Below are positions 53,356 through 60,595 of a stretch of DNA of 64,000 nt, piece by piece. Source of the DNA: Myxococcota bacterium (GTDB lineage Bacteria > Myxococcota > XYA12-FULL-58-9 > JALHOP01); assembly GCA_041288095.1 (NCBI GenBank), contig JBGGMJ010000092.1, positions 57-64,056 of the forward strand, read 5' to 3'. The translations under genes were made by a program, and so were the position numbers. Each line of letters opens with the position of its first letter. The stretch's first letter is position 1. Below the pieces are notes generated by a model, which worked only from the letters and a program-made list of their open reading frames with translations, did no database searches and was not told the DNA's origin.

Positions 53356-55008
53356 ATGAATCTACGTGCGGCGATCGCGCCGATGGCGTTTCTCCTGGTT
53401 TTTTCGGGCTTTTCCGATGCCAGGGCGGCAGGCGTCTTCGCCTTCGAGGGGCTGCCGGGGCTCGCGGAGACCCAACATCTGGAAGCCGTCCTGCTGATCG
53501 AGGACCTGCGCGAGCTACGCGCCAAGATGGAGCTCCAGCGCAATCTCGTCGCGCGTACCGCCTTCGGTCGCGACTACCTGAAGGCAGAGCACCAGCGCGC
53601 CATGCTCGGCGTCGATATGTACGGCGAGATCGATCGCCTGCTCGCGCTCGCCGCGCCCAAGGGCGCCAAGGTACCCGTCGTCGCCGCCGTCCTCTCCGAG
53701 GGCGAGGGTGTGATGCACGGCCAGCTCGCCATCAAGGTCGAGGACGGGGCGATCGAGCGTTTCGCGAAAGCACCGAACGAGAGCGCCATCACCTTCACCA
53801 ACGACAACGGCGCCCTCAAGGTCACGATGTATGGCGCTACCCTGCCCGCCAAAGTGGACGGTGGTTGGTTGCGCATCGGCTCGACGGACGCCGCCCTGGC
53901 GCTGGCCGGGACGAAGACACTGACCGCTTTGCCGGACGCCATCACGCGCTGGACAAAGGACTCGCACGTCGTCCTCGCCGTCCTCGGCGGCGGCGTCGTC
54001 AGCGCGGGTTTGAACAAGGCTTTCGCGGACAACCCGATGGCGCAGAACCTGGTGAGCGAGGCCAGGGCGATCGCGATGACCGTCCGCATTGACGACGATC
54101 TCTCACAAGTCGCGCGCGTCGTTTTCGACTCCGAAGCGGTGAAGCAGATGGCGCCGATGATCAAGGGTCAGGCGAAGACCACGAGCGCCGCCGCGACCTG
54201 GGACGCCGAAGCGCTGACCGCCGTTTCGATCGCCGTGCCTCCCATGCTGCTCACGGGGGCGCTGACGATCGCACAGATGCAGATGCCCGAGATCGCCGAC
54301 CCTTCGGTGCAAGAGGTCATCAAGGCGGCGCAAGCCGTGGATGGTCGCTTGAGCCTAGCGACCTTCGGTGCCCCCGGTGACTGGGCCATCGCCGCCGACT
54401 TCATCGATGCGGCGGCCGCGCAGACCTTCGTGAACAGCGGCGCCAACGCGCTCAAGACGGTGCTCGATCGTTACGCCGTCGAGCCCGGTCTCATGCGGGT
54501 CGAAGGCAAAAGCGGCTCCGAGGTCGTGAAGCTCCGCCCCGACGTCACTCTCCCGGACACGACGGTCGCGGCGCTCGGCAACAGCGTCGTCGCCGCGCGC
54601 CAGCGGGTGCGCATCGAGCGCCTGTCGGATCTGCGCAACGCGAAGAAGGGCAAGTCGCTCCTCGATGGTCCGCTCACCCCGGCGATACGCGAGGTGCTGG
54701 CACGGCCAAGCATTCTGCAGGCGTACGTCGTCACGGGGTATGACGGCACGACGCTCGAGTGGTTCTACTGGCCCGCGAAGATGGCCGAAGTGACGCTCAA
54801 GCAAATGCGTGATCTCATTCCCAAGGACGCGCTCGACCCCAACCTTTATGGCGCTGCTTTCGCGAACCCAGCGTCGATGACCATGAGCCGCTTGCCGCTG
54901 ACGCTCGCGGTCGCGGGCTTTGGCTTGGCCTCGGTCTACGACTACGCGGTCGCGCTCGACGTCGACGACAGCGCGGTGGTCCTCCAACTCGCGGGGTCGC
55001 AGCTATGA
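53356..55008 (+). CDS. Hypothetical secreted protein (550 aa)
   Basis: The internal ATG gives the signal peptide MNLRAAIAPMAFLLVFSGFSDARA. The track ORF 5' extension from 53098 is R-rich, overlaps the exonuclease gene, and was rejected. No family was recognised. Confidence 0.6.
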   Translation: MNLRAAIAPMAFLLVFSGFSDARAAGVFAFEGLPGLAETQHLEAVLLIEDLRELRAKMELQRNLVARTAFGRDYLKAEHQRAMLGVDMYGEIDRLLALAAPKGAKVPVVAAVLSEGEGVMHGQLAIKVEDGAIERFAKAPNESAITFTNDNGALKVTMYGATLPAKVDGGWLRIGSTDAALALAGTKTLTALPDAITRWTKDSHVVLAVLGGGVVSAGLNKAFADNPMAQNLVSEARAIAMTVRIDDDLSQVARVVFDSEAVKQMAPMIKGQAKTTSAAATWDAEALTAVSIAVPPMLLTGALTIAQMQMPEIADPSVQEVIKAAQAVDGRLSLATFGAPGDWAIAADFIDAAAAQTFVNSGANALKTVLDRYAVEPGLMRVEGKSGSEVVKLRPDVTLPDTTVAALGNSVVAARQRVRIERLSDLRNAKKGKSLLDGPLTPAIREVLARPSILQAYVVTGYDGTTLEWFYWPAKMAEVTLKQMRDLIPKDALDPNLYGAAFANPASMTMSRLPLTLAVAGFGLASVYDYAVALDVDDSAVVLQLAGSQL

Positions 55009-55685
55009 AGCGCTCACTCACCATCGTCATCACGGCTATGCTGGCAGCCTGCGGCGGCAAGAAGCCCGGCGCCGCCTCATCGCCGCCGCGTCCCGCCGAG
55101 AGCAAGCAGTACTACGAAGCGCTCGATGCCCGTTATAACGGAGACAGCCGCGCCTACTACGACGGCCTGCTCGAGCTCGCTCACGATGACCCCGACAGCC
55201 GCGCCGGTCGCAAGGCACGCGCCATCTTGCAGGCCGACGACGGTCTGTTGATGTTGGCCGTGCTCGGCTCGGTCGCCGGTGCCGCGATACCCAACTTCAC
55301 GCGCTACCAGAACAAGGCGAAGGAAGCCGAAGCGCGGACGGCCCTGCAAATGGTCTACACCGCGCAGAGCGCGTACTTCGCCGAGAAGAAGCGCTACTGC
55401 CGCACCTTCAAGGAGTGCGGCTACGAGCCCCTGCCCGATCAGAAGTACATCCTCTTCATGACGCCGAAAGAGATGGCGCTGGCGCCCGGCAGCGACGATC
55501 TGATGCGCACCATCGTGGCGACCGAAGCGCGCGAGGCACTGCTCACCGCCAACGTGAAGCCGCGCGTGGAGAAGAAGAAGTTCCTGGTGGCCGCCGTCGC
55601 CAATCTCGACGGTGACGACATCATGGATGTCTGGACCATCGACGAGACGGGTAACCTCGTTCACGTCGTGAGCGACCTCGAGTGA
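55005..55685 (+). CDS. Lipoprotein with an internal type IV pilin-like alpha1 helix segment
   Basis: Lipobox ITAMLAAC at the N-terminus. At ~aa 80-125, LLMLAVLGSVAGAAIPNFTRYQNKAKEAEARTALQMVYTAQSAYFAEKKRY matches the pilin N-terminal helix consensus (..AAIAIPNF..YQ.KAK.SEAK.NL..I.TAQ.AY.). No G/FTLIE prepilin cleavage motif is present. Confidence 0.6.
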   Translation: MKRSLTIVITAMLAACGGKKPGAASSPPRPAESKQYYEALDARYNGDSRAYYDGLLELAHDDPDSRAGRKARAILQADDGLLMLAVLGSVAGAAIPNFTRYQNKAKEAEARTALQMVYTAQSAYFAEKKRYCRTFKECGYEPLPDQKYILFMTPKEMALAPGSDDLMRTIVATEAREALLTANVKPRVEKKKFLVAAVANLDGDDIMDVWTIDETGNLVHVVSDLE

Positions 55686-56743
55686 CGTCGATGGCTGGGG
55701 AGGCGCGTAACAAACTCCCCAACGGCGCGCGTGTGGCGCTGCGCTTCGGCTTGAAGGTGGCGCTCACCGTCGGCGCCTTCTACCTGCTGTTGACGCACAA
55801 GGTGGACGCGGGCGACGGCACGCGCATTACCATCGCCGCCGCGGTGCACGAGCATCTGCGTGAGCTCGATCCCGCGCGCTTCTGGCCGTTGATCCTGGTC
55901 GCGGCGTCCGTCAAAGCGGTCGGCGTTTTCGCGTCGATGGTGCGCTGGCAGCTATTGCTCGTTGGTCAGGGCATCCGCTTCAATTTCATGCACACGGTGG
56001 GCACCTTCCTCATCGGACGTTTTCTCGGCACCTTCCTGCCGTCGACCATCGGCCTCGATGGTTACAAGCTCTATGATGCCGCCAAGCACAGTGGCCGCGC
56101 CGTTCCCGCTGCCGCGGCGACCGCCGTCGAGAAGGTCATGGGCCTCGCGGGGATCTTCCTCACGTTCCTGATCACCGTGCCCTTCGGTTACCGTGTCCTC
56201 GGTGAGCACGCCGGCCTCGCGGTCGCGGTCACGGTGCCGCTCGCGGCAGGCGTCGTCGCGGCGGCGTTCGCTTTGCTCTTCCAGCCGACCTGGGCACCGC
56301 GTCTCGCCAAGCTCGCGTTCTTCGGCAACGCGAAGATCACCGGCTTCGTCGAAAAGCTGACTGCGTCCGCCATGGCATACAAAGGAAAGGGCCGTCTGCT
56401 CGCCGCGGTAGCCGCGCTGTCGTTCGTGGTGCATTTCACCACGGCCGCCCTCTATTTCTTCACCGCCTTGGCAATCGGGGCCGAGGGCGCGAGCTTCGGG
56501 GCCGTGAGCTTCGCTTCGAGCATCCAGATCGTCGCTACGGTACTCACGCCCTTCACGATCGCCGGCGAAGGTGTGCGCGAGATCGTCCAGGCACTCCTCC
56601 TGGCCAAGCACATCGGAGCCACGCAATCGGTGCTTTCGGCCGCTCTGGGCTTCTGGGCCGCCGAGGCTTTGACGCTTTCAGGCGCCTTTTTTTGGTGGGC
56701 CCGCCGCGGGGATTATCGACCGAAAGCGGTGCAAGTGAGCTAA
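55682..56743 (+). CDS. Polytopic membrane protein, lysylphosphatidylglycerol-synthase-TM/UPF0104 (flippase-like) family
   Basis: About 8 TM segments with ..WQLLLVGQGIRFNFMHTVGTFLIGRFLGTFLPSTIGLDGYKLYD.., typical of UPF0104. The start may instead be ATG 55691. Confidence 0.6.
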   Translation: MTSMAGEARNKLPNGARVALRFGLKVALTVGAFYLLLTHKVDAGDGTRITIAAAVHEHLRELDPARFWPLILVAASVKAVGVFASMVRWQLLLVGQGIRFNFMHTVGTFLIGRFLGTFLPSTIGLDGYKLYDAAKHSGRAVPAAAATAVEKVMGLAGIFLTFLITVPFGYRVLGEHAGLAVAVTVPLAAGVVAAAFALLFQPTWAPRLAKLAFFGNAKITGFVEKLTASAMAYKGKGRLLAAVAALSFVVHFTTAALYFFTALAIGAEGASFGAVSFASSIQIVATVLTPFTIAGEGVREIVQALLLAKHIGATQSVLSAALGFWAAEALTLSGAFFWWARRGDYRPKAVQVS

Positions 56744-56755
56744 ACTCGGGCTCAC

Positions 56756-57508
56756 ATGCTGCATCTGCTCAAGCGCCATCCAATCGCCACGCGGGCGCAT
56801 TTCGACTTCACCCTGGCGCTGACCTTCGCCTTGCCGGCGGACACCCTCACGCCGAGCCTCTACCCGGGGCTGACGCTCGACGCTTGGAACGGCCTCGGCT
56901 TCGTCTGCATCGCCATGGTGCAAACGCGCGCTATGCGCCCGGCCTTCTTGCCCGAGTGGCTCTCGGGCAGCTTCATGCTCACTGGCTACCGCATCTTCGT
57001 CCGCTATAAGACACAAGACGGCAGGACGCTGCGCGGGCTGCAGGTGCTGCGCTCGGACACCGACCGCCCGGCGATGGTGATGCTCGGCAACCTCTTCACC
57101 CACTATCGCTACGAGCACGCCACCATCGGGGTGCAGCGGGAGCAAGCGACGCTACGCGTGCAGGCGACGACGCCGGGGCAGGGCGCCGATCTCGATGTGG
57201 TGATCGACACCAGCGCTCCCGATGATGTGTTGCCCAGCGGCTCACCGTTTCCCGATGCGCGCACGGCGCGCCGCTTCGCCGGCCCGATGCCGTACACGTT
57301 TTCATACGAGCCCGAGACGCGCTCGATCGTTCGCATCGAGGGTCGCCGCCGCGGCTGGAAGCCGAGGATGGTCGCGGCGCGTGTCGAGCACACGAGCTTC
57401 TTCGCGCGGCGAGGTCTTCCCGAGCCGACACTCGCCAGCGCCTTCATGGTCGAGGATGTGCCGTACCACTGGAGTCGCGGTGTGCTCGAGCGGGTGCGCG
57501 CCGCGTGA
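56756..57508 (+). CDS. Hypothetical protein, DUF2071/acetoacetate-decarboxylase-fold-like (weak)
   Basis: ..GLTLDAWNGLGFVCIAMVQTRAMRPAFLP..FMLTGYRIFVRYKTQDGRTLRGLQVLRSDTD.. resembles the DUF2071 pattern. This is a by-eye call only. Confidence 0.45.
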   Translation: MLHLLKRHPIATRAHFDFTLALTFALPADTLTPSLYPGLTLDAWNGLGFVCIAMVQTRAMRPAFLPEWLSGSFMLTGYRIFVRYKTQDGRTLRGLQVLRSDTDRPAMVMLGNLFTHYRYEHATIGVQREQATLRVQATTPGQGADLDVVIDTSAPDDVLPSGSPFPDARTARRFAGPMPYTFSYEPETRSIVRIEGRRRGWKPRMVAARVEHTSFFARRGLPEPTLASAFMVEDVPYHWSRGVLERVRAA

Positions 57509-58269
57509 AGCCGCCACCAAGACAACGCGCCGGCCGTGGACGCTATGACGGGCTGACCAACGTCTTCCTCTTCAACTGGCCGAGCTTCGCCATCTCCGGC
57601 GCTCTCGCGTTTGCTTTGGTGTTCGCCTCGCGCTTCGTCGACTTCAAGGTGCGCGCGCTCATGCTCGGCACCGGCATGCTCATCTTCGCCGGCATCTTCA
57701 GCGTCGTCGTCATCACCCACTGGATCTACGACCGTTCGAATCTCTATAGCTGGGACTGGTTGCTCATGCATGTGCCGGTTCCGCCAAAGCGGATCCTGAA
57801 CATCCATGCCGGCTACGACGAGAGCGCCGACGCCTTGGCTCGCCTGTTTCCCCAGGCGGAGATCATCAACTGCGACATCTTCGACCCGACCTACGCGACC
57901 TCGCCCTCGATCGTTCGCGCGCGCGAGCGCAACCGACGGCGCGACACCTTGAAAGGCACCACCGACAAGCTGCCCATCGACGACGCCTGGGCTGACCTCG
58001 TGGTGGGGTTCCTCGCCCTCCACGAGGTACGCGACGCCAAGAAGCGCAAGCAACTCTTCGGCGAGCTGCGCCGCGTGACCACGACGAACGCGCGCATGAT
58101 TATCGTCGAGCACCTGCGCGACGCCGCGAACTTCGTCGTCTACGGCCCCGGCGCCTTCCACTTCTTGCCGCGCCAAGCTTGGCTCGATTCCACCGAGGGC
58201 AGCTTCAGCATGGGCACGGAACAAACCATCACGCCGTTCGTCCACGTGCTCGAGTTCAAGCGGATATGA
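57505..58269 (+). CDS. Class I SAM-dependent methyltransferase with two N-terminal TM segments
   Basis: Motif I-like region ILNIHAGYDES is present. Further along are ..INCDIFDP.. and ..ADLVVGFLALHEV... The start overlaps the stop of the previous gene. Confidence 0.65.
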   Translation: MKPPPRQRAGRGRYDGLTNVFLFNWPSFAISGALAFALVFASRFVDFKVRALMLGTGMLIFAGIFSVVVITHWIYDRSNLYSWDWLLMHVPVPPKRILNIHAGYDESADALARLFPQAEIINCDIFDPTYATSPSIVRARERNRRRDTLKGTTDKLPIDDAWADLVVGFLALHEVRDAKKRKQLFGELRRVTTTNARMIIVEHLRDAANFVVYGPGAFHFLPRQAWLDSTEGSFSMGTEQTITPFVHVLEFKRI

Positions 58270-58679
58270 GCGGGCTCGAGCTGGCGCTGCGCATCACCGG
58301 CGCCAGCCATCTGTTGCTCGCTATCGCGCACATCCCGATCTCGCGTCATCTCGGCTGGAAGGCTGACATCGAGACCGCAAGCCTTCTGACCCGGCAAATC
58401 TTCTGGGTGCACTGCTTCTTCATCTGCCTGGTGCTCACGATGATGGGGGCGCTGGGGGTCTACGACCCGCAAACGCTCATCGCGCGCAGTCAGCTCGGCC
58501 TCTACGTGACCGGCGGCATCACGCTCTTCTGGGCCATTCGCCTGGTGTGCCAGTGGTTCGTCTACGACAGTGCGCTATGGCGTGGGAAACGCTTCGAGAC
58601 CGCGATGCACGTGCTCTTCTCGGCGGTCTGGGTGCTCTACGTAGTGGTCTACGGCGCCGCGTTTCGCGGCCAAATCTAA
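58266..58679 (+). CDS. Hypothetical 4-TM membrane protein
   Basis: ATG at 58266 overlaps the methyltransferase stop (ATGA). The product is hydrophobic (MSGLELALRITGASHLLLAIAHIPI..). Confidence 0.55.
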   Translation: MSGLELALRITGASHLLLAIAHIPISRHLGWKADIETASLLTRQIFWVHCFFICLVLTMMGALGVYDPQTLIARSQLGLYVTGGITLFWAIRLVCQWFVYDSALWRGKRFETAMHVLFSAVWVLYVVVYGAAFRGQI

Positions 58680-59902
58680 CGCCGACGGCGGGGGAGCTTG
58701 ATCGGCTCGGTGTCTGGCAAGTAGCCGGGCAGCGTTGCGTAGAACGCCATCGACTTCTCGAGGTCGTCGATGCGTACGTGGTCGTTGATCGGTCCGCTAT
58801 AGCTTTCTTCAGACGGACCGAAGCCGATGGTCGGCACCTTGGCCATGCCCATCGTGTAGACGCCGGCGGTCGACATGGTCCAGTTGCCGATGGCGGGCGC
58901 CTTCTTGAAGACGCTCTTGTAGGCATTACCGGCGCTGACGACGAGTGGATGATCGTCGTCCAAGCACCAGGTCGGGAAGTACTTCTCCATGGGCAGGCGC
59001 AGGCCGCGATAGCTCGGCTGGTCGTAGCCGACGATTTCGATTTTGGCGCGGGTGCCCTTGGTGAGCTCTTTGATCTGCGACAGCACCTTCTTGCGCTGCT
59101 CGGTCGATGTCAGGCGGCGATCGATGGTGATGCGCACCGACTCTGGCAGCATGTTCGGGCCGTTGTAGTCGCAATCGATGTGCGTGACCGCGATCGTGGC
59201 CTTGCCCAAGTACTTGTCGACGGGGAGCTGGGCGTTGAGCGCCTGCACACCCTCGATGATCTTGGTCATCCCGTAGATGGCATTGAAGCCCTTCTCGGGA
59301 TTCGAGGCGTGTACGGGTTGGCCGCGTAAGGTGACCTGAATCTCGGCGCGCCCGCGGTGTCCGCGGTTGATGCGCATGCCGGTCGGCATCGAGAGCACGA
59401 CGAAGTGCGGGTAGGTCTTCTCGACGTCGAAGATCGCCTTGTAGGCGAGGCCTTCGCATTCCTCGGCCTGAATGGAGCCAACGATGTAGACGGTCGCGTC
59501 GGCGGCGAGGTCGAGCTCTTGGATGATGGCGCCCGCGAACACGATCGCGGCGAGACCACCCTTGTTGTTGGCGGCGCCGTGGCCGAAGACTTTGCCGGCC
59601 TTCATGTCCCCGGTGTAGGGGTCGAAGCGCCACGAGCTGCGGTCACCGATGCCGGGTGTGTCGAGGTGGGCGTCGAAGACGATCTTGGTGCGGCCGTCGC
59701 CAATCTTGCCGACAACATTGCCAAAACGGTCGACTTCAGCGCTTGGGTAGCCCAAGCGAAGCATTTCACGCCGAACCAACGCGGCAATCGCCTCCTCGCT
59801 CCGACTAGGAGAGGGGATGGCGATGAGCTCACGCAAAAACTCGGCACTGCGATTGCGATGTCGCTTGGCGGCAGCGACGATGCGCTCGCGCATCTCGTCC
59901 AT
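58676..59902 (-). CDS. M20 family metallopeptidase (ArgE/DapE/YgeY-like)
   Basis: ..FLRELIAIPSPSRSEE.., ..IVFDAHLDTPG.., ..GHGAANNKGGLAA.. and ..EECEG.. are typical M20 metal-binding and catalytic motifs. The start was trimmed to MDEMRERI; the track start is 60049. Confidence 0.85.
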   Translation of the reverse strand: MDEMRERIVAAAKRHRNRSAEFLRELIAIPSPSRSEEAIAALVRREMLRLGYPSAEVDRFGNVVGKIGDGRTKIVFDAHLDTPGIGDRSSWRFDPYTGDMKAGKVFGHGAANNKGGLAAIVFAGAIIQELDLAADATVYIVGSIQAEECEGLAYKAIFDVEKTYPHFVVLSMPTGMRINRGHRGRAEIQVTLRGQPVHASNPEKGFNAIYGMTKIIEGVQALNAQLPVDKYLGKATIAVTHIDCDYNGPNMLPESVRITIDRRLTSTEQRKKVLSQIKELTKGTRAKIEIVGYDQPSYRGLRLPMEKYFPTWCLDDDHPLVVSAGNAYKSVFKKAPAIGNWTMSTAGVYTMGMAKVPTIGFGPSEESYSGPINDHVRIDDLEKSMAFYATLPGYLPDTEPIKLPRRRR

Positions 59903-59998
59903 GAATGCTCCGCCGAAACTTTCGTATGGAAAAGGGCGCCAAGCAAATAATATTTGCAGTCGAAACGTTATGTTGGGCGATCCGAGGGGGCCCGAACC

Positions 59999-60595
59999 AT
60001 GCGCTTCTTGGTGCTTGTCGTGCTCGGTTTTTGGGGCGCCGAGGCCCACGCCGGGGCTCTGCGCGAGGGCGATCTGCTCTTCCAGACCTCACGATCGTCC
60101 CAGTCCAAGGCGATCGCCGTCGCCACCAAAAGCAAATTCACGCATGTGGGCATCTTCACCCTCCGGGAGGGGAAGGCGTACGTCCTCGAGGCCGTGCAGC
60201 CGGTGAAGCTGACCCCGCTAGACGAGTGGCAGCGGCGGGGCCTGAAGGGAAAGGTGACGGTGCGCCGCCTCGCCGACACCGGGCCCCTGACCACCGAAGT
60301 CCTGGGCAAGATGCGCGAGGTCGCCCAAGGCTTCATCGGTCACGACTACGACACGGCCTTTGGCTGGGACGACGACAAGCTCTACTGCAGCGAGCTCGTC
60401 TACAAAGTCTACGACCGCGGCGCCGGCATCCAGCTCGGCAGTCTGCAAAAACTGCGCGACTTCGACCTCAAGAGCTCCGAAGTGAAAAAGAAGCTCCGTG
60501 AACGCTACGGCGAACAGGTGCCTCTCGACATGGAAGTGATCTCGCCGCAGGCCATCTTCGACGACCCACGGCTCGTCACCATCGAAGACGGCTAG
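59999..60595 (+). CDS. YiiX-like permuted papain/NlpC-P60 fold protein (secreted)
   Basis: Signal peptide MRFLVLVVLGFWGAEAHA. Next come ..GDLLFQTSRSSQSKAIAVATKSKFTHVGI.. and ..KLYCSELVYKVY.., with the Cys-containing motif characteristic of the YiiX/DUF830 type. Confidence 0.6.
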   Translation: MRFLVLVVLGFWGAEAHAGALREGDLLFQTSRSSQSKAIAVATKSKFTHVGIFTLREGKAYVLEAVQPVKLTPLDEWQRRGLKGKVTVRRLADTGPLTTEVLGKMREVAQGFIGHDYDTAFGWDDDKLYCSELVYKVYDRGAGIQLGSLQKLRDFDLKSSEVKKKLRERYGEQVPLDMEVISPQAIFDDPRLVTIEDG

